Source: Promethearchaeota archaeon
GTDB lineage: Archaea; Asgardarchaeota; Lokiarchaeia; Sigyniarchaeales; SOKP01
Length of the DNA stretch: 64,000 bases
Reading direction: 5' to 3'
NCBI GenBank assembly: GCA_048937405.1
Contig: JBHLNF010000001.1
Coordinates: 96,001 to 160,000, forward strand
Shown one piece after another: positions 37,659-48,210 of this stretch (positions within the stretch are counted from its first letter, which is position 1; each line of letters opens with the position of its first letter). The translations under genes were made by a program, and so were the position numbers. The notes below the pieces were generated by a model, which was not told where the DNA came from, searched no databases, and worked only from the letters and a program-made list of their open reading frames with translations.

Positions 37659-40448
37659 ATGGTTGATTATAACGCAGAAAAAATCGAGAAAAAATGGCAA
37701 CAAAAATGGGAAAAAGATAAAATTTTTGAAGTTCAAGTAGATTCAGGGAAAAAAAAATATTATGTTTTAGAGATGTATCCTTATCCGTCTGGAAAACTTC
37801 ATATGGGGCACCTGAGAAATTATACTATAGGAGATTGCTATGCTAGATTTAAAAGGATGAATGGTTTTAATGTTCTTTATCCCATGGGTTATGATTCGTT
37901 TGGTATGCCTGCAGAGAATGCAGCAATTGATCATGGTGCTAATCCTGAAGAATGGACTAACAAAAATATAAAGAAAATGAAAAATCAGCAAAAAAGAATC
38001 GGACTTTCATACGACTGGACACGGGAGGTATATAGTCATAATCCAAATTATTATAAATGGGATCAATGGTTTTTTTTAAAGATGCTAGAAAAGGGATTAG
38101 CGTATAAACAAGAAAGCTATGTTAATTGGTGTCCTAAATGTGCTACGGTTCTAGCAAATGAGCAAGCTCAAGGAGGAAAGTGCTGGAGATGTAATACAAT
38201 TGTTGACCAGAAGTTTTTAACGCAATGGTTTCTTAAGATAAGAGATTATGCAGATGAATTGCTCGAGGGTTTAAATCTTGTTGATTGGCCTGAAAAAGTT
38301 AAGATTATGCAACAGAATTGGATTGGAAGATCAGAGGGTACAATAATAAAATTCCCTATTGATGAAGAAAAAAGAACTATAGATATATTTACAACTAGAC
38401 CTGATACATTATATGGTGTAACCTTTATGGTTTTTGCTCCCGAACATCCTTGGGTTCGAGAATGGGTGATTGGAACGGAATATGAGAATAGTTTTAATAA
38501 ATTATATGATGAGGTAATGCATCAAGATAAATTTGAACGAACTGATATTGAAATAACAAAGAAAGGAATGTTTATTGGAAAATATGCGGTAAATCCAATT
38601 AACAGTGAAAAAATTCCTATTTTCATAGGTAATTTTGTAATTTATGAGTATGGAGCAGGTGCTGTCATGGCAGTTCCAGCACATGACCAGAGAGATTTTG
38701 AATTCGCTAAAGAATACGATGTTCCAATCAAGATTGTAATTCAACCACATGACTATGAATTAAATATTACCAAAATGACTCGTGCATATGAAAGCGATGG
38801 TATCCTAGTAAACTCAGGAGAATTCAATGGCATGGAGAATAGATCTGCTATTAATAAAATAACTGAAAAATTAAATGAACTTGATATGGGATATGCTACT
38901 ATAAATTACAAGTTAAGAGATTGGGGAATTTCACGTCAACGCTATTGGGGCTGTCCAATACCAATCGTATATTGTGATGAATGTGGAACGATCCCAGTCC
39001 CATATGAAGACTTGCCAGTATATTTACCAAATGATGTGATATTCACCGAAGCAGGTAATCCATTAAAATCAAGTGAAAGGTTTGTTAATACAAAATGTCC
39101 CAAATGTGGAAATGACGCAACACGTGAGACAGATACAATGGATACTTTTATTGATAGTTCTTGGTATTTCTTTGCCTATTGCGATCCCCCTTCTCTAGAA
39201 TCAGATATTCCTTATGCTAAAACTAAGGTAAATTATTGGGGTAATGTTGATCTCTATGTGGGAGGGATCGAGCATGCTATACTCCATTTGATCTACGCGA
39301 GATTCTTTACAAAAGTGGCTCGTGATTTAGGACTTCACAAATTTGATGAGCCCTTCCAGAAATTATTAACTCAGGGGATGATTAATAAAGCACACCCATA
39401 TTGCCCTAAATGTAATACTTTTCTTATGAAAGCTGATTTAGAAGAGATGAAATGTAGAAAATGTGGAAGTAATGATCTTATTCAAAAATCTGTTAAAATG
39501 AGTAAAAGTTATGGAAATACAGTAGATCCGGGGGAAATTATTGGAAAATATGGAGCAGATGCAGCAAGATTTTTTATATTATTTGGAGCAAGCCCTGAAT
39601 CAGGATTAGAATGGAATGATGAGGGGGTCAATTTTGCTAATAAATTTATAAGAAATTTCTTTCATTTGTTAGCTACTCCAATTCAAAATAAAAGAAATAA
39701 AAGAAGTATTAGTGATGATCTAATTATATATAATTTGTATAAGACCATTAAATTAGTTTCTGAATACATTAACAGAATTGCGATTCGAGACGCTCTTAAT
39801 TATATTATACAATTCGTCTCGGAGTTAACAAAGTATAAAGAGGAAGGAGTAATGGAAAAAATCTTTGAAGAATGTAGAGAAAAATTATTAATTCTTTCAC
39901 ATCCCTTTGTTCCGCACGTTACAGAAGAAATCTGGGAATTAATTGGAAAAGATAGATTTCTAAGTATAACTCTTTGGCCAACTTATAATAATGATCTCCT
40001 CAATGTTGAAAATGATTATAAATGGAATTTATTAAACAACACTATTGATGACATCAAAAGTATTAAATTAGCAACAAAAATCAATGATATAAAAAAAACT
40101 ATAATTATAACGGCCACTGATTGGAAATATAAATTTTATTCACAATTAATGATATTAATTGAAGAAACAAAGGATCAAGGAGAGATCATGAAAGAATTGA
40201 TGAAAAATGGCGATTTAAAAATTCACAGTAAATTTATCAGTCAAACAACTACTAAGATTCTCAAAAATATTGGAAAGTATTCCAAACACCATATTGATAT
40301 ATCTGATGAAAATCAATTTTTTAATGAAATAAAACCTCTGATCAAAAAAAGATTTAATTGTAATGTAGATGTTATAGTAGAAGTTAAGTCTGAACATAAA
40401 AAAGCATCTCAAGCATTACCAGGACGCCCTGCTATAGTTTTAGAATAA
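37659..40448 (+). CDS. leuS: Leucine-tRNA ligase (bacterial-type core, archaeal-type C-terminal domain)
   Basis: YVLEMYPYPSGKLHMGH, FTTRPDTLYG, GAGAVMAVPAHDQRD, SRQRYWG, GGIEHA, KMSKS, C-terminal ALPGRPAIVLE. Confidence 0.97.
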   Translation: MVDYNAEKIEKKWQQKWEKDKIFEVQVDSGKKKYYVLEMYPYPSGKLHMGHLRNYTIGDCYARFKRMNGFNVLYPMGYDSFGMPAENAAIDHGANPEEWTNKNIKKMKNQQKRIGLSYDWTREVYSHNPNYYKWDQWFFLKMLEKGLAYKQESYVNWCPKCATVLANEQAQGGKCWRCNTIVDQKFLTQWFLKIRDYADELLEGLNLVDWPEKVKIMQQNWIGRSEGTIIKFPIDEEKRTIDIFTTRPDTLYGVTFMVFAPEHPWVREWVIGTEYENSFNKLYDEVMHQDKFERTDIEITKKGMFIGKYAVNPINSEKIPIFIGNFVIYEYGAGAVMAVPAHDQRDFEFAKEYDVPIKIVIQPHDYELNITKMTRAYESDGILVNSGEFNGMENRSAINKITEKLNELDMGYATINYKLRDWGISRQRYWGCPIPIVYCDECGTIPVPYEDLPVYLPNDVIFTEAGNPLKSSERFVNTKCPKCGNDATRETDTMDTFIDSSWYFFAYCDPPSLESDIPYAKTKVNYWGNVDLYVGGIEHAILHLIYARFFTKVARDLGLHKFDEPFQKLLTQGMINKAHPYCPKCNTFLMKADLEEMKCRKCGSNDLIQKSVKMSKSYGNTVDPGEIIGKYGADAARFFILFGASPESGLEWNDEGVNFANKFIRNFFHLLATPIQNKRNKRSISDDLIIYNLYKTIKLVSEYINRIAIRDALNYIIQFVSELTKYKEEGVMEKIFEECREKLLILSHPFVPHVTEEIWELIGKDRFLSITLWPTYNNDLLNVENDYKWNLLNNTIDDIKSIKLATKINDIKKTIIITATDWKYKFYSQLMILIEETKDQGEIMKELMKNGDLKIHSKFISQTTTKILKNIGKYSKHHIDISDENQFFNEIKPLIKKRFNCNVDVIVEVKSEHKKASQALPGRPAIVLE

Positions 40449-40499
40449 TTATAGGATTTTTAAATTTTTTTTCTTTTGCCTGCTAATTTATATTCATTA

Positions 40500-41078
40500 T
40501 TATTTATTTACGTATTCGATGTTAATTATAAGACTATAATCCTTACTTTGATTAAGATTTATTTTTGAAACCTTTCCATACCCTATTTGAAGTTTAAATG
40601 AACTTTTTAAGGGAATTTTTAATAAATAAGATAAGATTGAGCGGATTACTCCCGAATGAGTAATGATGCCCACTTTTTTATGACCTTTTTCGATTATATC
40701 TTCAAAAAATCTACAAGATCTCCTATATAGATCAAGAAACGATTCACCATTAGGACATGGTTTGTTTATAAAATCCTTTGTCCATTCTTGAAATTTAACT
40801 CTATTTATTAAATTCCATTTTTTTAACTCCCATTCACCAAAATCCATTTCAAGTAGGCGTTTATCTATTATTGGTGTTGTAGTGGATAATTTTTCTGAAA
40901 GCAAAGTACATCTTTTCAATGGACTTGAGTAAAAAACCATCTGAGGAGAAAAGGGCAATTTTTTTTTAAGTTCTTTAAGTTCATGTTCAAAAGAATCTGC
41001 AATATCTACATCAGATTGACCGTAACACACATCATTATCCAATTTTACATTAGTATGTCGAATAAGATATATATCCAT
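40500..41078 (-). CDS. cobC: Alpha-ribazole/adenosylcobalamin phosphatase (histidine phosphatase)
   Basis: LIRHT, CYGQSD, YSSPLKRC, EMDFGEWE, THSGVIR; cob cluster context. Confidence 0.82.
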   Translation of the reverse strand: MDIYLIRHTNVKLDNDVCYGQSDVDIADSFEHELKELKKKLPFSPQMVFYSSPLKRCTLLSEKLSTTTPIIDKRLLEMDFGEWELKKWNLINRVKFQEWTKDFINKPCPNGESFLDLYRRSCRFFEDIIEKGHKKVGIITHSGVIRSILSYLLKIPLKSSFKLQIGYGKVSKINLNQSKDYSLIINIEYVNK

Positions 41079-41127
41079 ACTTTAATCAATATAAGAAAAA
41101 TTTTTTTTGTTATATGTATTTATATTA

Positions 41128-41769
41128 TCACTTAATTCTATTGTTAAATTTTTTCAATTGATAAAAATCATCGATTGTGTTAATATTGAACAATAACTCT
41201 TCCTGTTCGCTAATAAAAATTGCTTGGTCAAGTTCTGGTTGTCCTATTAAGCGACCATCTATTATATTAATTCCTAGTGGTACTAAATTATTCTGTTTAT
41301 CATCAGATTGGAAAATTATTGTTGGTTTTAATCCATATTGACTAAATAATTTAATCTCTGCCATAACAGAAAGTGCTGGTCTACTTAATATAAAATATTT
41401 ATTGATAATCTCGTCGAGAATCTTAGGTTTAATTAACGGGATATCGGCTGCGATCGTTATGACAACCTCAAGATTTAATTTTTTTATTACAAATAATAAA
41501 TCTGAGTGGTAATTAATACCAGGAGTTTCTATCAATATAATTGACATTTTTTTTTTCTCGAGGACAGATTTCGTCTGTGGAGTGAATGGAGAGAGTGCAA
41601 TAATTACTTTATTGATATTTTTCGCGTTTAATGTCGCCTCAATGGCATATTCAATCATAAATCTATTATTAAATTGAAGTAATAATTTTTCTTGATATTT
41701 AGACTTAACTTTATCAAAATTAAACCGTTCACCTTTACCTCCTGCCATAATTATCGCTGGTATTTGCAT
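41128..41769 (-). CDS. cobY: GTP:adenosylcobinamide-phosphate guanylyltransferase (archaeal type)
   Basis: IMAGGKGERF..EK, ADIPL, GINI, FNINTIDD; adjacent to cobS. Confidence 0.85.
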   Translation of the reverse strand: MQIPAIIMAGGKGERFNFDKVKSKYQEKLLLQFNNRFMIEYAIEATLNAKNINKVIIALSPFTPQTKSVLEKKKMSIILIETPGINYHSDLLFVIKKLNLEVVITIAADIPLIKPKILDEIINKYFILSRPALSVMAEIKLFSQYGLKPTIIFQSDDKQNNLVPLGINIIDGRLIGQPELDQAIFISEQEELLFNINTIDDFYQLKKFNNRIK

Positions 41770-41797
41770 AATTTAGTCTCAAAATAAAATAAATACT

Positions 41798-42649
41798 TTA
41801 AATAAATCTCAAAGAATGGAATATCAACAATAATATTAATATGAATAGTCTCGTAATCTCATTTAAAGCTCCAAGACAATCACCAGTAAGACCACCGAAA
41901 TTTTGATAAGATAAAATTAATACAATAATTAAAGACAGAAGAGTCCCTATGACGAAAATTGTAAAGATTAAAATAGATTGGAGTAAATTCCAAGGCGAAA
42001 TCCCGTTTATTGGAATAAATGTAAACTTAAAAATAAGTATATCATGATATAATAAAATATAATAGGTTCTAATTAATAAAGTGAAATATATTAAAATAAT
42101 CGATAAAATTAATGAGAGAAACATATGTTTTTTCATATTTTTTTGGATAAATAGATCAGCCATCCTAGTTTTAGCAGATTTTCCAATAGAACAGGCAACT
42201 ACCATATTGAATTTAGCACCAATTTCACTCAACATTAAAGATATTAGAATAATATTCATTGAGTAAGAGATGGTTATTCCAGTTAGTATTAATATTATAA
42301 AACCTAGTGTAAAACCTCCTGCCCCTATAGTTGACTCGTGCATTACTTCTTTCTTCCGCTCAGGAGGACCTGATGCCATTAAACCATCTCCAAAATCAAT
42401 TAAACCATCAGTATGATGAATACCTGTCATTAATAGTAGTAATCCTAGGACAATGAACCCCACTATTAAAGACGGAAGAATACTGAATAAAATTAGACTT
42501 ATAATGCTAGATATTAATCCAAGTACGAATCCTACAAAAGGGAATAACCAAATATATGGTGCGATATCTTCTTGAATATCAACTTTTCCTCTAATAGGAA
42601 ATCTAGTTAAAAAAGAAAAGCAATTTTTAATTTTGTTTAGAATTCTCAA
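41798..42649 (-). CDS. cobS: Cobalamin (5'-phosphate) synthase
   Basis: FSFLTRFP, TGIHHTDGLIDFGDG, FGGLTGDCLGALNE; polytopic. Confidence 0.93.
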   Translation of the reverse strand: MRILNKIKNCFSFLTRFPIRGKVDIQEDIAPYIWLFPFVGFVLGLISSIISLILFSILPSLIVGFIVLGLLLLMTGIHHTDGLIDFGDGLMASGPPERKKEVMHESTIGAGGFTLGFIILILTGITISYSMNIILISLMLSEIGAKFNMVVACSIGKSAKTRMADLFIQKNMKKHMFLSLILSIILIYFTLLIRTYYILLYHDILIFKFTFIPINGISPWNLLQSILIFTIFVIGTLLSLIIVLILSYQNFGGLTGDCLGALNEITRLFILILLLIFHSLRFI

Positions 42650-42655
42650 TTCTCA

Positions 42656-42838
42656 TTACCTCCTTGCTCCTAATACTCTCTTAAGTGCATCAGTATCACA
42701 TTGAACTATAGAAGATCGTACTTTTTTTGCTTGTTTTATATTACCATAATTAGAAATAATGCTAATGTCGTTCTCGCTAAAAAAGTCATTCAAATTTGGG
42801 ATATAACTATTATACCATTTTACATTCATGATAACCAC
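42656..42838 (-). pseudogene. Short 60-aa ORF between cbiB and cobS; possible internally deleted gene remnant
   Basis: Starts 3 nt after the cbiB stop, and its last codons contain the GGAGG RBS of cobS. No recognisable domain, so identity is unproven. Confidence 0.3.
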
Positions 42839-42841
42839 AAT

Positions 42842-43921
42842 TTAAAATGTAAAAATCAAAAACATTATTAAAATAATAATTATAGAAAGAATTACTATAA
42901 ATAATAGAGCTGCTAATCGAACAATTCTAAAAGTTGTTCTAATATCTTCTGGTCTAAGCGTTTTATTGGAAATTCCTAACTTATAAGATCCTATTTTCTC
43001 AAGTTGAACATTTAATAATCCTGCCATAGTACCCATTGTCCATCCTCCATTAACGCTTTCTGTATGATTTTTATCTGATTTTAAAATCTTCCATGCATTT
43101 TTCACATCTTTTTTCAAAATTTTGCCGGCTAATAATAATAGTAATACAGTAAGACGTGTGGGGAAAAAATTGGAAAGATCATCCATTCTTGCTGAAAACC
43201 ATCCAATATCTATATTTTCAGAATCTTTATATCCCACAATACTATCAGCAGTATTGATAATGCGGAAAATATAAGCGGAGGGTATTCCTAAGAACAACCA
43301 GAAAACATGATGGTGAATATAAGTAAAAAAACTTGCTCCTAATAAATTTCCAATTAGAAAAAACCAAAATACACTGGTAACTGCATCAGTAGAACTTTCA
43401 GCTATAACTTCAACAGCAGCCGAAATTATATGAGAATTATCAAGTGTTTCAGTATCTCGGCGAACTATAAAAGATAGCTCTTTTTTTGCTTTTTCTATAT
43501 CACCATGTTTTAGATGCTCTCCAATAGGAATTGTGGTATCTCCTAAATTTTTGATTGCAAATGACCATTTTAAAATAAAGCCAAAAATGAATGAAATAAG
43601 GAGAATATCGAGGAAATTAATATTATTTAAACTAGAAGAATCCCAAATTTTCCATATCCACCAAATAAAGACCTGAACAAGAAATAGTGGTATGCAAAAT
43701 ATTAAAAAAGCAAATACTAATAGAAAAACCCCAAAAATTTTATCCAAAATTCTTTTATCACATTTCAATCTTAGTTTTAACCAGTTAATTACATTACCGA
43801 TTATATTTACAGGATGATATTTTAAGTGGGGATCTCCAATTATAAAATCGATAATAACAGAGAAAAATATTGTCAAAATAACTAAAAGAATGAAATAAGA
43901 TGGAAAAAGCGCGATATCCAA
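42842..43921 (-). CDS. cbiB: Adenosylcobinamide-phosphate synthase
   Basis: GDP..HPV, IVRRDT, VEVIAES, RIINTADSIVGY, GWFSARMDD, NGGWTMGTMAG. Confidence 0.93.
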   Translation of the reverse strand: MDIALFPSYFILLVILTIFFSVIIDFIIGDPHLKYHPVNIIGNVINWLKLRLKCDKRILDKIFGVFLLVFAFLIFCIPLFLVQVFIWWIWKIWDSSSLNNINFLDILLISFIFGFILKWSFAIKNLGDTTIPIGEHLKHGDIEKAKKELSFIVRRDTETLDNSHIISAAVEVIAESSTDAVTSVFWFFLIGNLLGASFFTYIHHHVFWLFLGIPSAYIFRIINTADSIVGYKDSENIDIGWFSARMDDLSNFFPTRLTVLLLLLAGKILKKDVKNAWKILKSDKNHTESVNGGWTMGTMAGLLNVQLEKIGSYKLGISNKTLRPEDIRTTFRIVRLAALLFIVILSIIIILIMFLIFTF

Positions 43922-43930
43922 TTATGACAC

Positions 43931-45448
43931 CTATATATTTACTAATTTTTTAATTTCTTGAAGATTTATACTTTTTAATACAGTATTAGCATACTTCTGT
44001 ATGTTCTCCTCTACTATACTTTTGTAAATTGTCTTTTTTTTTTTTCTCTTGACCCCTTTTCTCCTATATATATGTTTAATGAATCTTTCCCTAAAATCAT
44101 CATTATCCCATAATCCATGAATATAACAACCAAAAACATTTTTATTTTTATTAATTGCTCCAATAAAACTGTTAACGGATTTTACATCAGAGTTTATTAT
44201 TCTTAACAAGGGCATTGCTCCAGCTTCATATTTAGTTTTTCCCATATGTATTTCATATCCATTAATTTTTTGACTATTGAGGAAAGGTAACCCAATAAAC
44301 TCTGCTAGTATTTGTTTTGTTATCTTATTATAATCTAAAAATTCAGTTTGAATAGGTAATAATCCTAATCCTTCAAATTCTCCAATAGAGTCACTTTCAA
44401 TCTTATTGTCTATTACTTTTCTTCCTAATATTTGATACCCTCCACACACACCAATTATTAAAGTTCCAACTTGGTTTAATTGTTTTAATTTGTCAGAAAA
44501 GCCACTCTCTTTCATCCATTTCAAGCTTTCTACTGTATTTTTAGTTCCTGGTATAATAATAACATCAGAATTATCCAGTTGCTCTGGAAGAGAAACATAG
44601 GATATATGGATATCTTCCTCCCAATTTAATACTTCAAAGTCAGTAAAATTAGAAATTTTTGGTAAATTAATAACCTTAATATCTAAGAATCCACCGCCTT
44701 CACTTTTTTCCATAGAAAGTGAATCTTCAGCAGGTATTTTTAAATTAGATAAATAGGGTATTACACCACTACACTTAAGACCTAATAATTTTTCTAAGTC
44801 TTCTATTCCTGACTTTAAAAGAGTTATATCTCCACGGAATTTATTGATAACAAACATTTTTATTAGATTTTGTTCCTCCATACTAAGCAATTTGATTGTT
44901 CCATAAATTGATGCAAAAACTCCACCTCGATCAATATCGGCAATTAATATCACAGGGGCATCAGCTAACTTTGCAACAAACATATTTGCTATTTCCTTAT
45001 CCATTAAGTTTATTTCAGCGGGGCTACCAGCCCCCTCAATTATAACAATATCATAATTTTCTCTAAGATAATTGAGAGCGCTTTTTATATAAGGTTTAAA
45101 TTTTGGAACATATTTGGTGTAATATTCTTTTACCTTTGTATCTGCATAAGGTTTTCCCATAAGTATTATTTGAGAAGTTGCATCTCCTTTAGGTTTTAAT
45201 AAAATAGGATTGAACTCTGCAATAACTTCTGACCTAGAAGCTAAAGCTTGCACAACTTGAGAACGAGCAACTTCTTTTCCATCTTTAGTGACGAACGAGT
45301 TTAAGGACATATTTTGTGCTTTAAAGGGTGCAACTTTATACCCCATATCACTAAAAATTCTACATAAAGCAGTGACTAACATTGATTTACCTGCATGAGA
45401 AGTTGTTCCCTGGATCATTAAAACTTTCCCGAGCATTCCTACAACCAT
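43931..45448 (-). CDS. cobQ: Cobyric acid synthase (CobQ/CbiP)
   Basis: QGTTSHAGKS, PFKAQNMSLNS, EGAGSPAEINL, DIDRGG, ISNFTDF, GVCGGYQILG, YIHGLW. Confidence 0.96.
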   Translation of the reverse strand: MVVGMLGKVLMIQGTTSHAGKSMLVTALCRIFSDMGYKVAPFKAQNMSLNSFVTKDGKEVARSQVVQALASRSEVIAEFNPILLKPKGDATSQIILMGKPYADTKVKEYYTKYVPKFKPYIKSALNYLRENYDIVIIEGAGSPAEINLMDKEIANMFVAKLADAPVILIADIDRGGVFASIYGTIKLLSMEEQNLIKMFVINKFRGDITLLKSGIEDLEKLLGLKCSGVIPYLSNLKIPAEDSLSMEKSEGGGFLDIKVINLPKISNFTDFEVLNWEEDIHISYVSLPEQLDNSDVIIIPGTKNTVESLKWMKESGFSDKLKQLNQVGTLIIGVCGGYQILGRKVIDNKIESDSIGEFEGLGLLPIQTEFLDYNKITKQILAEFIGLPFLNSQKINGYEIHMGKTKYEAGAMPLLRIINSDVKSVNSFIGAINKNKNVFGCYIHGLWDNDDFRERFIKHIYRRKGVKRKKKKTIYKSIVEENIQKYANTVLKSINLQEIKKLVNI

Positions 45449-45808
45449 CTATTTTTTAATATTTTCCAATATTTTAGAACGTAATTTTAATAATTCTTCT
45501 CTTGAAATTTCTTCAAATTTTTTTTTATAACTTATCAAACCTTCAAGGATTAATTCTGAATTTTTCATTTTATGTATAAAAAGACAATTAGAACATGCCC
45601 AAATAGGTTTTTGTGTATTAGAGTTTATCTTTTCAAATCCTCTAGTATCAATTTCATTACAAGGATAAAAAGGGCAATAGCAGAATGTACAATCTTCTAA
45701 TCCATCATGACATGGTAAATAATCACATGATTTATCAAGACCAGTTAAACTTTTTCTTTTTATTGCTCTATTTATCAAAATCTTACCTTTTTCCAGCATC
45801 TCAGTCAT
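45449..45808 (-). CDS. Cysteine-rich small-domain (zf-like) protein associated with cobamide genes
   Basis: CDYLPCH..DCTFCYCPFYPC..WACSNCLFIH. Confidence 0.8.
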   Translation of the reverse strand: MTEMLEKGKILINRAIKRKSLTGLDKSCDYLPCHDGLEDCTFCYCPFYPCNEIDTRGFEKINSNTQKPIWACSNCLFIHKMKNSELILEGLISYKKKFEEISREELLKLRSKILENIKK

Positions 45809-45828
45809 CTCTTTAACTATTTACTTGA

Positions 45829-46950
45829 TTATATTATAGATTTTAAAGTTTGAATTAATTTTATATTAGACTCTCGATCTTTTACTGAAATCCTTATATA
45901 ATAATTATCCAAATATTTAAAATTAGAACAATCTCTTATTAGAATATTCTTTTCTAATAAAATCTTCTTTAATTCATGAGATCTAATTCCAGTATTTTCA
46001 ATATTGATTAATATAAAGTTAGTGCGAGTAGTGAATAATTTTAGTTTTGGTATTCTACTTAATTCGGAAATTAGAAAATTTCTTTCTTTATTAACAAAAG
46101 AAATCGAACTTTTTATAAAATTATTATAATATAACATTTTTTCGGCAAATTTTTGACCAATACAATTAACTGACCATAAATTTTGAGCTTTCTTCATATG
46201 TTTTATTAAAACTAAATCCCCTACCCCAAATCCTATTCGAAGTCCTGGAATTCCAAAAAATTTCGTAAAACTGCGACTAACAAAGAGATTTTTATATTTA
46301 TTAATCTTATTAATAAATGAATTTTCTTCACCTGTGAATTCAATAAAAGCTTCATCAAGAAAGACCAAGATATTTCTATCTAATGAAAATTTTATTATCT
46401 CTTCAATATCATTAAAATTTTCCAAATTCCCATTTGGATTGTTAGGATTACAAATAAATATAGCTTTTGTTTGGGGATCAATTCTTGACATAATTGGATG
46501 TTTCTCAAGCTTGAAATTATTCTGAAGATCCCTGGGGATATTGATTATATCTCCAAGATTTTTTCGAATAGCCCACTCATATTCAGAAAAGGTAGGTTGA
46601 GAAATTATTATATTATCATTGGGCTCAATAAATATATCACAAAAATTAGTAATTAATTCCATGGAACCAGCTCCAATAATAATATTTTCTAATTTAATTC
46701 TATTACTAAAGTAACTTACTAATCTTTCTTTTAGTATTAAAGATTCTGAATCAGGATATTTTTGGATTTCTGATAAACTTTCCTTAAACCATTCAGAATA
46801 CTTATTAGAAGCATTTAATGGATTAATATTTATACTAAAGTCTATTATTTCAGATTTACCTTTAAATATTTTTTTCTTATATATTTCACCTCCATGTCTT
46901 TTATGGATTAAATCTTTCTTTTTTTTGTTTATAATTTTATCAAAATCCAT
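45829..46950 (-). CDS. cobD: L-threonine-O-3-phosphate decarboxylase (PLP, HisC-like)
   Basis: HGG, DFSININP, CNPNNPNG, DEAFIEF, RSFTKFFGIPGLRIG, IRDCSNF. Confidence 0.88.
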   Translation of the reverse strand: MDFDKIINKKKKDLIHKRHGGEIYKKKIFKGKSEIIDFSININPLNASNKYSEWFKESLSEIQKYPDSESLILKERLVSYFSNRIKLENIIIGAGSMELITNFCDIFIEPNDNIIISQPTFSEYEWAIRKNLGDIINIPRDLQNNFKLEKHPIMSRIDPQTKAIFICNPNNPNGNLENFNDIEEIIKFSLDRNILVFLDEAFIEFTGEENSFINKINKYKNLFVSRSFTKFFGIPGLRIGFGVGDLVLIKHMKKAQNLWSVNCIGQKFAEKMLYYNNFIKSSISFVNKERNFLISELSRIPKLKLFTTRTNFILINIENTGIRSHELKKILLEKNILIRDCSNFKYLDNYYIRISVKDRESNIKLIQTLKSII

Positions 46951-46965
46951 TATAATTAATCCTTT

Positions 46966-48210
46966 TTATTCTGATATTTTCTGAAAAAGCGTTTCTAAAT
47001 TATTTACAACCATAACATTACTTTTATTAATTAAATTTAGGTAAACATTTGTTGCTAACCCTCCAGTAAAATCTCGATTTTCAATTGGTTCTAATTCATA
47101 AATAATAATTTTTTTTTCGCATTCATTTAGAATATGTAAATTCTCTATATTATTATAACCAAAAGGCATATTTCCCAGAATTATAAGATCTACGTTTTCT
47201 AATACTTTCCTTAATTTATTCTTAGATTCTTCAGAAATTGGAGAGAATGGTGCTTCTGAAATAATCCTATAATTTAGTTCATTTGCTAATGAAAAATCAT
47301 CATCTAAAACATTCAAAATACCAATACTAACTATATTATTTTTTAATTTTGGTAGAATTTCTAATGCAGATCCACCTCCAGCTATTACATGAATCCTTTT
47401 TCCTTCTTTTAATTTACATTTTCTTGAAATATGAGATCTATCTTTTAATGGAGTAATATAAATAGAATTTGTGAATAAATTTTTTCGAATTGCAATTTCT
47501 ATATTATACACAGATAGAATATTTTCCTTTGTTATTGTTTCTTCAATTGATCCAAAAGCTTCAATATGCCCAGCATTTAATAGAATGATCTTATCACAAA
47601 ATAAAGTTGCTAAATTTAAATCATGCAGAACGATTATAACGATTAGTCCATCCTTGACGTAATTTTTTAACATTTCCATTAATTCAATTTTATAGTTAAG
47701 ATCTAACTGCGATGTTGGCTCATCTAATAAAAGAACTTCACTTTCTTGAGCAATTGCCCTACTAATAATAACTTTTTGTTGTTCTCCACCACTCAATTCA
47801 TTAAATCCTCTGTGTTGTATTTCAGTTAAATTAAATTTATTTAAAATTTGATCAACAACATTAATATCCTTTATAGATTCTCTTGAAAAGCGTCCTACAT
47901 GTGAATATCTTCCCATTTTAATAATTTCTCTTACTGAAAAATCAAAATTAATTGATGTTGATTGAGGAACTATTGCTATTTTTTTCGCTATTTCACGTAT
48001 CATTAATTTGTTAATATTATCTTCATCAATTAAGACTTTTCCATAATTAGTTTTTAAGATCCCACTAAGAATTTTTAAAAAAGTAGATTTTCCACACCCA
48101 TTTGGGCCTATTATTCCATAAAGATAACCCTTTTCAAACTGCATAGATATATTGTTTAAAACTTCTTTTGTCCCATATTGAAAACTAATATTTTCACATT
48201 TAATAGTCAT
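46966..48210 (-). CDS. btuD: Corrinoid ABC transporter ATPase with C-terminal extension
   Basis: GPNGCGKST, LSGGEQQ, LLLDEPT, VLHDLN; C-terminal HVIAGGGS domain. Confidence 0.85.
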   Translation of the reverse strand: MTIKCENISFQYGTKEVLNNISMQFEKGYLYGIIGPNGCGKSTFLKILSGILKTNYGKVLIDEDNINKLMIREIAKKIAIVPQSTSINFDFSVREIIKMGRYSHVGRFSRESIKDINVVDQILNKFNLTEIQHRGFNELSGGEQQKVIISRAIAQESEVLLLDEPTSQLDLNYKIELMEMLKNYVKDGLIVIIVLHDLNLATLFCDKIILLNAGHIEAFGSIEETITKENILSVYNIEIAIRKNLFTNSIYITPLKDRSHISRKCKLKEGKRIHVIAGGGSALEILPKLKNNIVSIGILNVLDDDFSLANELNYRIISEAPFSPISEESKNKLRKVLENVDLIILGNMPFGYNNIENLHILNECEKKIIIYELEPIENRDFTGGLATNVYLNLINKSNVMVVNNLETLFQKISE

